Of a stretch of 33,088 nt of DNA, positions 22,896 to 32,095 are shown in pieces. Source of the DNA: an uncultured Bacillaceae bacterium. Lineage in GTDB: Bacteria > Bacillota > Bacilli > Tepidibacillales > Tepidibacillaceae. The stretch spans positions 1-33,088 of the forward strand of contig CAZSSR010000001.1 of the NCBI GenBank assembly GCA_964609605.1, given 5' to 3'. Every line of letters starts with the position of its first letter. The stretch's first letter is position 1. The notes under the pieces are model-generated. The model did not search any database. It saw only the letters and a list, made by a program, of their open reading frames with translations, and had not been told where the DNA came from. The translations under genes were made by a program, and so were the position numbers.

Positions 22896-24194
22896 TTGGA
22901 TAAGATTATAATCCGCGGTGGGAAGCGATTATTTGGTAGTGTAAAAGTACAAGGAGCGAAGAACGCTGTACTACCAATACTTGCTGCATCACTTTTAGGA
23001 CAAAAAGGAGAAACAACTATATATGATATTCCTGATCTTGATGATGTAAGTACCATTATAGAAGTATTAACCTTTATCGGAGTGAAGGTTACTTATCAAA
23101 ATGGTATCATTAGAACATCAGCAGAGAAAATATTAAGAACAGAAGCTCCGTATGATTTAGTTCGTAAAATGAGAGCGACTTTTTTAGTTATAGGCCCCCT
23201 ACTTGCAAGAGAGGGTCATGCTAGAGTAGCACTTCCAGGAGGTTGTGCAATTGGTAGTAGACCAGTTGATCAACATTTAAAAGGCTTTGAAGCAATGGGT
23301 GCGGTAATAAATGTAGGTCAGGGCTATATCGATGCTAAGGTCGAAGGTAGACTTAAAGCAGCTAGAATTTATTTAGACTATGCTAGTGTCGGAGCAACTG
23401 AGAATATTATGATGGCTGCAACATTAGCTAATGGAATAACAACAATTGAGAATGCTGCTCAAGAGCCAGAAATTGTTGATTTAGCCAATTTCCTTAATGG
23501 AATGGGAGCTAAAGTAAGAGGAGCTGGAACAGGAACAATAAGAATTGAAGGAGTAGAAAGCTTATTTTCAATAAAGCATACAGTAATACCTGATAGAATA
23601 GAAGCTGGAACCTATATGGTAGCAGCCGCTATAACGGGAGGAAATGTATTTATTGAAAATGCAATTATAGATCACTTAAAACCGGTTATCGCTAAATTAG
23701 AAGAAATGGGTGTAGAGATTAGTGAGGAAAATGCTGGAATAAGGATTATAGCTAACAAGCCATTGAAAAGCGTTGATATAAAAACACTTCCTCATCCTGG
23801 CTTTCCAACTGATATGCAATCACAAATGATGGCACTACTTTTAATTGCAAACGGAACAAGTATAATAACTGAAACTGTTTTTGAAAATAGATATATGCAC
23901 GTCGAAGAATTTAAGAGAATGGATGCACAGATAAAAATCCAGGGAAGAGCAGCGATTATTCAAGGCAATTGTAAACTCAAAGGTGCTAAAGTTCATGCAA
24001 CTGACTTAAGGGCAGGATCAGCATTAGTATTAGGCGGACTTATTGCAGAGGGAGAAACTATAGTTACTGGCCTAAATCACATTGACCGTGGGTATGTAGA
24101 TTTGGTAGGGAAATTAAAAATACTAGGTGCCAATATAGAGAGGTATAACGAGGAAAAATCGTTAGAGGAGCTACAATCGATAGAGATATTTTAA
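22896..24194 (+). CDS. murA: UDP-N-acetylglucosamine 1-carboxyvinyltransferase
   Basis: 432 aa. TTG start after GGAGGGAAA. Motifs: [47 protein letters not shown] (active-site Cys retained), HPGFPTDMQ. Confidence 0.97.
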   Translation: MDKIIIRGGKRLFGSVKVQGAKNAVLPILAASLLGQKGETTIYDIPDLDDVSTIIEVLTFIGVKVTYQNGIIRTSAEKILRTEAPYDLVRKMRATFLVIGPLLAREGHARVALPGGCAIGSRPVDQHLKGFEAMGAVINVGQGYIDAKVEGRLKAARIYLDYASVGATENIMMAATLANGITTIENAAQEPEIVDLANFLNGMGAKVRGAGTGTIRIEGVESLFSIKHTVIPDRIEAGTYMVAAAITGGNVFIENAIIDHLKPVIAKLEEMGVEISEENAGIRIIANKPLKSVDIKTLPHPGFPTDMQSQMMALLLIANGTSIITETVFENRYMHVEEFKRMDAQIKIQGRAAIIQGNCKLKGAKVHATDLRAGSALVLGGLIAEGETIVTGLNHIDRGYVDLVGKLKILGANIERYNEEKSLEELQSIEIF

Positions 24195-24204
24195 TTATTT
24201 TTTT

Positions 24205-24243
24205 AAAGGCATAGGTGTAATTTATATTCCTATGTCTTTTTTC
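24205..24243 (+). terminator. Intrinsic terminator after murA
   Basis: AAAGGCATAGG (24205-24215) pairs with CCTATGTCTTT (24229-24239); core CATAGG/CCTATG. Followed by the T-run TCTTTTTTCT. Confidence 0.7.
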
Positions 24244-24271
24244 TAACACTTGAGGTTAAGGGGGTTATTTC

Positions 24272-25762
24272 GTGAAGCAATCAAAATATTTTATTATATT
24301 TATTATAATATTTGTAATTTTTCTTTCGGGATGTACATTTGGTAAGGCTCCGGTTGTTGAAGTTGAGAAAGGGCCAGTACCTGTTGTAACAGAAAACGTT
24401 CAATTTAAAACAATTGCACAAGGAGAAAGATTTATTGGTAAAATAAGCGCCGATAAAAATAGTTTAGTATATCCAAAAATAACGGCAAAAATAGAAAAAA
24501 TTTATGTAAAACCAGGAGATACAGTAGTAAAAAATCAAATTTTAATGAAATTAGATGATAGGTACGTAAATGATTCACTACATCAAGCGGAATCTTCTTA
24601 CCAATCTGCATTAATAAATTTAAGCCAAGCAGAGGAAAGACAGAAATCATCTATTATACAAACAGAAGCACAACTAGCAATTGCCGAGGATTCATATAAT
24701 CAAGCTGTAAAGAATTTAGTAGATATTACAAAAAAATATGATGATGGAGTAGTTACAGAAAGTCAACTGGATCAGGCAGAAGCAACATTTGTTCAAGCAG
24801 AAACTAATTTGACAAATGCAAAAGCAGCTTTAGCAACAGCAACAGCAGCTGCAGATGCAGCATATGCTGCAGCATTAATTCTTGACCCTAGCGCTACTCG
24901 TGACCCTAACTTAACTCTGAGTATAAATTCTCTTACGACATCTGTAGCTCTAGCTGAGGCAGCAGTACAACAATCTAAAGCAGCTTTAGATAGTATGACA
25001 GCACAATACAATGGTGGGAAAATTACGGAAAATCAGGTGGATCAGTCAAGTTCAGTGGTTGTTCAAGCAGAGAATAATCTTAAGATTGCAAGAGACTCTG
25101 CTGAAGCGGCCAAATCCAACTCTAATATTGAGGCTGCTACGTTAGCAGTAGAGCAAGCCGAGTATGGAATAGAACAAGCTAAAAGATCTTTAGAAGACAC
25201 CAAGGTTTATTCTTCGATTGCTGGACAAGTCGTTTCAGTTAAGGTTGAGGAAGGTGATATGGCGACTCCACAAGCACCGGCAATGCAAATAATAAATCAA
25301 GGGATAGTATATGTTAGTCTTAATGTTACAGAAAACACTCTTAAAAACTTTAATGAGGGAGATATTATTAATATCTATATTCCTTCTTTAGAAAGAGATG
25401 TAGAAGGCAAGGCAACATTTATCTCACCTATTGCAAATGAACAAACATTAACGTTTTTAGTAGAAATAGAGATTAATAATGATGATAAGCAATTAAAATC
25501 AGGTATGCTTGTAGAAACTATCTTATCATTTTCTAATGATGAAGAATATATTATTATTCCTACTAGAGCAGTAATGGGCACAGGCAAGGAAACCTATGTC
25601 TATGTTGTCGAGGATGGTAAGGCCTATAAAAGAGCTATTGAAGTAATGGATATGGCTACAGAAGAAACTATTTTAATTAGTGGATTGACCGTTGATGATG
25701 TAATTGTTATAAAAGGTCAATACAGCCTGGAGGATGGCGAAGAAGTAGAGATAGTTAAGTAA
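24272..25762 (+). CDS. Efflux RND transporter periplasmic adaptor (membrane-fusion protein), lipoprotein, with an unusually long alpha-helical region
   Basis: GTG start after AAGGGGG. Lipobox FLSGC (Cys21). Lipoyl halves: YPKITAKIEKIYVKPGDTVVKNQILMKLDD and VYSSIAGQVVSVKVEEGDMA. About 214 aa of heptad-like helix lies between them. C-terminal beta-barrel/MP domain (YVYVVEDGKAYKRAIEV). Confidence 0.88.
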   Translation: MKQSKYFIIFIIIFVIFLSGCTFGKAPVVEVEKGPVPVVTENVQFKTIAQGERFIGKISADKNSLVYPKITAKIEKIYVKPGDTVVKNQILMKLDDRYVNDSLHQAESSYQSALINLSQAEERQKSSIIQTEAQLAIAEDSYNQAVKNLVDITKKYDDGVVTESQLDQAEATFVQAETNLTNAKAALATATAAADAAYAAALILDPSATRDPNLTLSINSLTTSVALAEAAVQQSKAALDSMTAQYNGGKITENQVDQSSSVVVQAENNLKIARDSAEAAKSNSNIEAATLAVEQAEYGIEQAKRSLEDTKVYSSIAGQVVSVKVEEGDMATPQAPAMQIINQGIVYVSLNVTENTLKNFNEGDIINIYIPSLERDVEGKATFISPIANEQTLTFLVEIEINNDDKQLKSGMLVETILSFSNDEEYIIIPTRAVMGTGKETYVYVVEDGKAYKRAIEVMDMATEETILISGLTVDDVIVIKGQYSLEDGEEVEIVK

Positions 25763-25778
25763 TGGAAGGAGAATCTTA

Positions 25779-28700
25779 ATGAAAATAATTGATACATCAG
25801 TTAAAAGACCTATTGGAGTCATTATGATTGTTCTTGCCATTCTATTAATTGGAGTTATTTCACTTCAAAGCCTACCGATAGATTTATACCCTGAGATAGA
25901 TGTGCCATATACAATAGTTGTATGTGAATATGGTGATGCAGCACCTCAAGAAGTAGAAAATTTAGTTACTAAGCCAATCGAGGGTGTCTTAAGTGGTATT
26001 GAGGGAATAAAAAAGGTTCAATCAGTCTCTGCTACGGGACAATCCTTGGTAATATTAGAATTTGAATGGGGAATAGATTTAGATCTTAAGGCGAATGATA
26101 TTCGCGAAAAACTAGATTTGATAGTAAATATATTACCAGAGGACGCAACAAAGCCTTTAGTAATTAATATTGATCCAAACGCCATGCCAATAATACGCTT
26201 ATCGGTATCAGGAGACATAGATCAGAGCAGATTATCATATTTGGCAAGTGATATTATTGAGCCGAGATTAGAGAGAACAAATGGTGTTTCAGCAATTGAA
26301 CTTACAGGAACTAAAGAAACTGAGATAAAAGTTGAAGTATCTCCAGTTTATCTGGAGGGCTATGGAATATCTACTAACCAAATAATTCAAGCTTTAGCAT
26401 CAGAAAATATATCAGTTACTGCTGGAACCCTCTTACGAGGCAATCAAGACCTGAAGCTACGGATTAATGGTGAATTTACCGATATAGAAGATATAAAAAA
26501 CGTTTTAATACAATCTTCAAGAGGCGGTACATATAGATTAGGTGAGATAGCAAATGTGTATGAAAAATATAAGGACATATCGGAAATTACTAAAGTAGAT
26601 GGTGAAGCAAGTTTAATATTTGATATCTCAAAAAAAGCAGATGCTAATACTATTGATGTTGCAAACGAAATTTATAAAGCAATAGAGGATGCTGAGAAGC
26701 TATTACCTGAAGAAGTGAAAATTGATGTTGTCTATGATCTATCCATATTTATTAGGGAATCAGTAAATAATGTTTTAGTTAATCTTTTAATCGGTGGAGC
26801 TTTAGCAACAATAATTTTGTTTTTATTTTTACGAAGCATAAGAACAACATTGGTAATTGCTATTACTATGCCTATAGCAGTTATTGCAACATTTAATTTA
26901 ATATATTTTGCAGGAGAAACCTTGAACTTACTAACTTTGGGTGGTCTAGCATTAGGAATAGGAATGATGGTAGATAGCTCGATTGTTATATTAGAAAATA
27001 TTTTTCGCCATCGTGAAGAGGGATATGAAAGAATTGAAGCTGCTAAGAAGGGTGCCGATGAGGTAGCTTCTGCAGTTATAGCTTCAGCCATAACTACAGT
27101 TTCAGTATTTATTCCTATTGTATTTGTTGGAGGATTAGCATCAGAGCTATTCACGCCGATGGCATTAACTATTAGTTTTTCCCTGATAGTATCATTAATA
27201 GCTGCTTTAACATTGGTACCGATGCTTGCTGCTAATCTTTTGAAAAAAACTGAACATAAGGAACGAAAAAGCAAGAAAAAAACAAATAGAATCTTACAAA
27301 AATTTAATAAAGCTTTTAGCAGTATTTATCCTGTATATAAAAGAGTTTTAAATTGGTCATTAAATAATCGTTTAATTGTCGTATCTATGACAATAATACT
27401 TTTGGTTATCTCTTACTTTCTTGTTCCAATGGTCGGGACGGAGTTTTTGCCTGAGATGGATCAAGGAGAGGTAAACATAGATATCACTCTACCAGAAGGT
27501 ACCGTGCTGAGTGAAACTCAAGCAATAATAGATGAGATTGTTGTATATTTAAGTGAAATTGAGGAAGCAGGTACAATCTTTACAAGTGCTGGAAGTGCTG
27601 GTAGCTTTTCGATGGGTGGAGGTACTCCTAATGTTGGTAATATTTATATTCGTTTAGCTGCCTTAGCTGATCGAGAGCGAGGAACTAATGAAATAATGGA
27701 TGATATTCGGTCCTTTACTGCTAAAATACCAGGCGCAGATATTAAAGTGAGTCAGATGCAAAGTGGTGGTTTTTCGAGTGATACAGCACTTTCAGTTAAG
27801 ATTTCTGGAGAAGATTTAAACATTCTTAATGGTTTATCAGAGGAAATTAAAGGCATGGTGGCGGAAGTAGAAGGCACAAGAAATGTTACAACCTCCTTTG
27901 AAGCGGGAAAGCCAGAAATGCAAATAATTATCGATCGAGAGAAAGCAGCGGTATATGGATTAACCTACAATGAAATATTAAATACTGTTAAAACAGGATT
28001 TAATGGTTCTCTAGCAACGAGAATTCGTTATGAAGGACAAGAGATAAATGTTAGGGTAACATTACCTGATGAATATAAGCAGGATATGAGTCAAATTAAT
28101 GATTTACCAATAATGTTGCATAGTGGAGGTTCAATTAAGCTGAAAGATGTTGCTGAATTGATTCAAGTACAAGGATATGCACAGATAAATCATGAGGATC
28201 AAAAAAGACAAGTATCAGTGAATGCAGATATTATTAATAGAGATTTAGGAAGTATAACGACAGATGTTGAGAATAAATTAAAGAACATCAATGCTCCAGA
28301 TGGATATGTTATAAAAATTGGTGGAGAGGCTGAAGAAATGGCAGATGCCTTTGATAGTTTAAAATTTGCTTTAATTTTATCTGTTCTCTTAGTTTATATG
28401 GTAATGGCTATCCAATTTGAAGCTATTACTCATCCATTAGTAATTATGTTTTCGATACCAGCTACCTTTATCGGGATAATTTTTGGATTAATTGTAACGG
28501 GACGCACATTAAATGTTTCAACCTTTATTGGGATAATCATGTTAGTGGGGATTGTTGTTAATAATGCAATAGTGTTGGTTGACTATATTAATATTTTGCG
28601 AAGAAGAGGCATGGACCGGAGGGAAGCTATACTTGAAGCCGGACCTAACCGTTTAAGACCGATATTAATGACTACATTAACTACGGTATTGGCATTAATT

Positions 28701-28883
28701 CCATTAACATTAGGTTTTGGAGAAGGAGCTGAGCTACAAGCACCTTTTGCAACGGTAATAGTTTTTGGGTTAAGCTTCGCAACCCTTGTTACCTTATTAT
28801 TAGTACCAGTAATGTATACCTTTATGGATGATTTAGAAAAATGGGTTAAAGGAAAATTTTTAAAAAAAATAACAGAAGAATAA
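25779..28883 (+). CDS. RND superfamily efflux permease (AcrB/SwrC-like)
   Basis: 1034 aa with 12-TM, two-large-loop architecture. Motifs: RPIGVIMIVLAILLIGVISL, LGGLALGIGMMVDSSIVILENIFRH, IGIIMLVGIVVNNAIVLVDYI, RLRPILMTTLTTVLALIPL. Confidence 0.95.
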   Translation: MKIIDTSVKRPIGVIMIVLAILLIGVISLQSLPIDLYPEIDVPYTIVVCEYGDAAPQEVENLVTKPIEGVLSGIEGIKKVQSVSATGQSLVILEFEWGIDLDLKANDIREKLDLIVNILPEDATKPLVINIDPNAMPIIRLSVSGDIDQSRLSYLASDIIEPRLERTNGVSAIELTGTKETEIKVEVSPVYLEGYGISTNQIIQALASENISVTAGTLLRGNQDLKLRINGEFTDIEDIKNVLIQSSRGGTYRLGEIANVYEKYKDISEITKVDGEASLIFDISKKADANTIDVANEIYKAIEDAEKLLPEEVKIDVVYDLSIFIRESVNNVLVNLLIGGALATIILFLFLRSIRTTLVIAITMPIAVIATFNLIYFAGETLNLLTLGGLALGIGMMVDSSIVILENIFRHREEGYERIEAAKKGADEVASAVIASAITTVSVFIPIVFVGGLASELFTPMALTISFSLIVSLIAALTLVPMLAANLLKKTEHKERKSKKKTNRILQKFNKAFSSIYPVYKRVLNWSLNNRLIVVSMTIILLVISYFLVPMVGTEFLPEMDQGEVNIDITLPEGTVLSETQAIIDEIVVYLSEIEEAGTIFTSAGSAGSFSMGGGTPNVGNIYIRLAALADRERGTNEIMDDIRSFTAKIPGADIKVSQMQSGGFSSDTALSVKISGEDLNILNGLSEEIKGMVAEVEGTRNVTTSFEAGKPEMQIIIDREKAAVYGLTYNEILNTVKTGFNGSLATRIRYEGQEINVRVTLPDEYKQDMSQINDLPIMLHSGGSIKLKDVAELIQVQGYAQINHEDQKRQVSVNADIINRDLGSITTDVENKLKNINAPDGYVIKIGGEAEEMADAFDSLKFALILSVLLVYMVMAIQFEAITHPLVIMFSIPATFIGIIFGLIVTGRTLNVSTFIGIIMLVGIVVNNAIVLVDYINILRRRGMDRREAILEAGPNRLRPILMTTLTTVLALIPLTLGFGEGAELQAPFATVIVFGLSFATLVTLLLVPVMYTFMDDLEKWVKGKFLKKITEE

Positions 28884-28912
28884 TATTTTAAATAATATAT
28901 AATTAATATATG

Positions 28913-28941
28913 TTGAAATAAAGGAATATTAAATTTAATAT
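28913..28941 (+). promoter_or_regulatory. Candidate sigma-A promoter of mbl-flhO-flhP
   Basis: TTGAAA (28913-28918), 17-nt spacer, TAATAT (28936-28941). About 57 nt upstream of the mbl ATG. Confidence 0.45.
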
Positions 28942-28998
28942 AGAAGTAAGATGTAATAGAAATTTAACAAGAGGATACAGCAGGGAGGAAGTTAAAGT

Positions 28999-29991
28999 AT
29001 GTTTAGCAAAGATATTGGAATAGATCTTGGGACAGCGAATGTACTTATATATGTTAAAGGTAGAGGTGTAATAATTGATGAACCATCTGTTGTAGCAATT
29101 GATAATGAAACCAAGCAAGTACTTAAGGTCGGCGAAGAAGCTAGAAAGATGATCGGGCGTACACCGGGAAATATTGTAGCAATTCGTCCGTTGAGGGATG
29201 GTGTAATTGCGAATTTTGAAATAACAGAAGCTATGCTAAAATATTTTATCCAAAAAGCAAAGGTTAAAGGAATTTTCGGAAGACCACGGATATTAATATG
29301 TGCACCAACAGAAATCACCTCAGTTGAAAGAAAGGCTATTATTGAAGCAGCTCAAAAAAGTGGTGGTGGAGAAATTATTTTAGAATCGGAACCTAAGGCA
29401 GCTGCAATTGGAGCTGGTCTTGATATATTTCAACCTAGTGGTAATATGGTAATAGATATTGGTGGTGGAACGACGGATGTTGCTGTTTTATCAATGGGCG
29501 ATGTAGTGTCAGCTACCTCAGTAAAGATTGCAGGCGATAAGTTTGATCAAGCAATCATGTCATATATCAAAAGAAAATATAATATGTTAATTGGTGATCG
29601 GACTGCAGAGGACTTAAAGGTAGATGTAGGTACTGTATATGAAGGTAATAGGAATGAATCGATGGATGTACGTGGAAGAGATTTAGTGTCAGGGTTACCG
29701 ATTTCCGTAATTATCGATTCTGAAGAGATTAGACAAGCATTGATTGGCACAATGAATTCTATTGTAATGGCGATTAAATCAGTATTAGAGAGGACACCAC
29801 CTGAGCTTTCTGCCGATATTATTGATAAAGGAATAATTTTAACAGGTGGCGGAGCCTGCTTAAACGGACTAGATTTCTTATTACAAGAAGAATTAAAGGT
29901 ACCTGTTATATTAGCGGAGAATCCGATGTCTTGCGTAGTTAAAGGAACTGGCATGATGTTAGATAATCTTGATAAATTTAGAATCAAATAA
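28999..29991 (+). CDS. mbl: MreB-like rod-shape-determining actin homologue Mbl
   Basis: 330 aa. MFSKDIGIDLGTANVLIYVKGRGVIIDEPSVVAI...GRTPGNIVAIRPLRDGVIANFEITEAMLKYFI is nearly colinear with B. subtilis Mbl as I remember it. Gene order mbl-flhO-flhP. Confidence 0.93.
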   Translation: MFSKDIGIDLGTANVLIYVKGRGVIIDEPSVVAIDNETKQVLKVGEEARKMIGRTPGNIVAIRPLRDGVIANFEITEAMLKYFIQKAKVKGIFGRPRILICAPTEITSVERKAIIEAAQKSGGGEIILESEPKAAAIGAGLDIFQPSGNMVIDIGGGTTDVAVLSMGDVVSATSVKIAGDKFDQAIMSYIKRKYNMLIGDRTAEDLKVDVGTVYEGNRNESMDVRGRDLVSGLPISVIIDSEEIRQALIGTMNSIVMAIKSVLERTPPELSADIIDKGIILTGGGACLNGLDFLLQEELKVPVILAENPMSCVVKGTGMMLDNLDKFRIK

Positions 29992-30014
29992 TTTTAATAA
30001 AAAGGGTGTTATTA

Positions 30015-30833
30015 ATGATTAGGGGACTTTATACGGCAGCAGCCGGAATGAGAACACAACAAGATAAACAGGATATATTAACTAATAATCTTGCTAATGT
30101 TAATACCGTTGGTTACAAGGCAGATCAAGCCATAGCACGGTCTTTTCCTGAGGTCTTATTGCAGCTTGTCCAATTTGGTAGTGGTGAAAAGAAGTCAATT
30201 GGTACGATGCATCAGTCAGTATTTATTGAAGAGAGCGTTCCGATGTTTACTCAGGGCATTCTGACTGATAGTAATGTTGATACACATATGGCTATCGTAG
30301 ACGAGGATATGGAAGTAAACTATGAGACAGGTCAAAAATCATCATTGTTTTTTACCGTAAGAGATAAGGATGGTAATGAGTTTTATACAAGAAGCGGACT
30401 TTTCTTTGAGGATGCAGCTGGACAATTAGTAACTCCTGAAGGATATTTAGTTTTGGATGATATCGATTTTCCAATAGAAATTGATGGTAGAAGGTTTACT
30501 GTCAATGATAAAGGTATGATTAATTTTTCTGGTGAGAGCAGCTACGATGGAGTTCAATTAAAATTGACAAAGGTTGATGACCCATATAAGATGATTAAAA
30601 TTGGAGAACAGCTTTACACTATTGAGGATGAAAATATTATAGATAGCGAATTTGAAATGGGGCAAGGTAACTATAGTATCCTGCAAAGGAAGCTAGAAGG
30701 CTCTAATGTAGATTTAAATCAAACTGTTATCGATATGAATACAGCATTAAGTATGTATGAGGCTAATCAACAGGTTGTTAGGACAATTGATAGAACCTTA
30801 GATTTAGCTGTTAATCAAGTCGGTAAGGTTTAA
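30015..30833 (+). CDS. flhO: Flagellar basal-body rod protein (FlgF/FlgG family, FlhO-like)
   Basis: MIRGLYTAAAGMRTQQDKQDILTNNLANVNTVGYKAD is the rod-protein N-terminal signature. C-terminal LEGSNVDLNQTVIDMNTALSMYEANQQV. The ATG at 30015 is preferred over the ORF-track GTG at 30006 (SD AAAGGGTG). Confidence 0.88.
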   Translation: MIRGLYTAAAGMRTQQDKQDILTNNLANVNTVGYKADQAIARSFPEVLLQLVQFGSGEKKSIGTMHQSVFIEESVPMFTQGILTDSNVDTHMAIVDEDMEVNYETGQKSSLFFTVRDKDGNEFYTRSGLFFEDAAGQLVTPEGYLVLDDIDFPIEIDGRRFTVNDKGMINFSGESSYDGVQLKLTKVDDPYKMIKIGEQLYTIEDENIIDSEFEMGQGNYSILQRKLEGSNVDLNQTVIDMNTALSMYEANQQVVRTIDRTLDLAVNQVGKV

Positions 30834-30863
30834 TTAATATAATATTGACAGGTGGAATATTAA

Positions 30864-31703
30864 ATGAATAATTCATTAATAAGCTCATTGGTTGGTATGC
30901 AATCAATGCAAAAAAAAATAGATAGTATTTCTAATAATATTTCGAATGTAAATACAACTGGTTTTAAATCGAGCGAGCTTTACTTTCAAGATATTATGTC
31001 AGATAAATTAAGTCAACCAGACAGTCTTCTTCTTGAAGGTAGGAAGACATCTTTAGGGATAGAACAGGGCTTTGGTGTTAAAAATAGTGCAGTTATGGTA
31101 GATTATTCACAAGGGTCAGCGATGCAAACAGGTGTATTAACTGATTTTATGCTTTCAGGTGATAACATCTTTTTTACAGTTCTAGAAAATGGCGGAGAAG
31201 CTTACGAATCAGATGATTGGAGATATATGAGGAATGGTCATTTTCAGTTAGATGTATATGGTTATTTAGTTAATGACTTAGGAGAATACGTATTAAGTGA
31301 AGATGGTGAGATGTTACAGATACCTGAAGGCGCTACGTTTACTGTAGATGAAAAGGGATTAGTAAATGCTCTCTATGCGAATGGCGAAACAGAAGAGATA
31401 GGCTCACTTAAAATTACTAAATTTTATAATACACAAATCCTTCAATCAATGGGTAATAGTAAATACCGGATTCCTGACGAATTTAATACAGGCTGGTTTG
31501 ATCTTATCGATACAGAATTTAGTTTATCTGACGATAACGAGGGTTCATATTCTGTTGTACAGGGAAGCTTAGAAAGTTCTAATACAGATTTAACGAAAGA
31601 ATTAACAAATCTTAATATAGCACAAAGAGCGTATCAATTAATGTCTGATGGAATCTCTATTTCAAATCAGATGATGAGTATAACTAATAAAATTAAAAGT
31701 TAA
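30864..31703 (+). CDS. flhP: Flagellar basal-body rod protein (FlgG family, FlhP-like)
   Basis: MQSMQKKIDSISNNISNVNTTGFK N-terminal signature. C-terminal LESSNTDLTKELTNLNIAQRAYQLMSDGISISNQM. Confidence 0.88.
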   Translation: MNNSLISSLVGMQSMQKKIDSISNNISNVNTTGFKSSELYFQDIMSDKLSQPDSLLLEGRKTSLGIEQGFGVKNSAVMVDYSQGSAMQTGVLTDFMLSGDNIFFTVLENGGEAYESDDWRYMRNGHFQLDVYGYLVNDLGEYVLSEDGEMLQIPEGATFTVDEKGLVNALYANGETEEIGSLKITKFYNTQILQSMGNSKYRIPDEFNTGWFDLIDTEFSLSDDNEGSYSVVQGSLESSNTDLTKELTNLNIAQRAYQLMSDGISISNQMMSITNKIKS

Positions 31704-31737
31704 TGCATACTAAATAATTGGTAAAAGGATGGTAATT

Positions 31738-32010
31738 ATGGAGCTAGAAGAGGTTAGAGGCTCAAGGAAAGATAAATTTTCAAAGGAAAATAAAAAGTCT
31801 ATCGAAAAACCAACTGATGAGGAAAGCTCTAAGGGTAGTTTGCCAGATAAAAAGAATAGAAAACTTACTATATGGCTACTTATTATTTTTTCCATCATAA
31901 GCCTAATTATTGGGATGATGATTGGATATGGGGTAGTTGGAGAAGGAAATGCTTTAGATATTTTTCGGATAGATACATGGACACATCTATTTAAATTAGT
32001 ATTTGGTTAA
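31738..32010 (+). CDS. EpuA-family small membrane protein (family often mislabelled DNA-directed RNA polymerase subunit beta)
   Basis: Charged N-terminus, one TM helix (LTIWLLIIFSIISLIIGMMIGYGVVG), then ALDIFRIDTWTHLFKLVFG, matching my memory of the PF11772 pattern. The ATG at 31738 has better SD spacing (AAAGGA) than the ATG at 31729; either is possible. Confidence 0.6.
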   Translation: MELEEVRGSRKDKFSKENKKSIEKPTDEESSKGSLPDKKNRKLTIWLLIIFSIISLIIGMMIGYGVVGEGNALDIFRIDTWTHLFKLVFG

Positions 32011-32038
32011 AACTTACTATATATATTCTAAATAGATA

Positions 32039-32095
32039 ATAGAGAAATATTATGATAAATAATATCAAAATATTTTTTCTATTTTTTTCTTTTGT
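32039..32095 (+). terminator. Possible AT-rich intrinsic terminator after the mbl-flhOP-epuA unit
   Basis: ATAGAGAAATATT (32039-32051) pairs imperfectly with AATATTTTTTCTAT (32069-32082), followed by TTTTTTCTTTTG. The stem is AT-only, so it is weak. Confidence 0.35.

Noticed and set aside
23230-23280. Possible intrinsically fosfomycin-resistant MurA (Cys-to-Asp type)
   Set aside because: The active-site motif reads [13 protein letters not shown], so the Cys is retained. It is an ordinary MurA.
24832-24873. GCA/GCT-rich triplet tract (gca aca gca aca gca gct gca gat gca gca tat gct gca gca) as a slippage-prone repeat or contingency locus
   Set aside because: It is imperfect and in frame, and simply encodes the Ala/Thr-rich linker of the adaptor's helical region. 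There is no uninterrupted repeat long enough to suggest phase variation.
26732-27274. 180-aa antisense ORF inside the RND permease gene. Similar cases: 29547-29987, 28992-29318, 11916-12227, 17142-17405, 24793-25011 and 32417-32662 on the minus strand.
   Set aside because: All lie fully inside strongly supported sense genes, have no SD, and have low-complexity or odd composition typical of the antisense frame of AT-rich membrane or Ala-rich coding DNA. I found no independent support.
28999-31703. Flagellar rod genes next to mbl, far from any fla/che cluster, as an anomaly
   Set aside because: mbl-flhO-flhP is the conserved arrangement in B. subtilis and its relatives, so this is not unusual.
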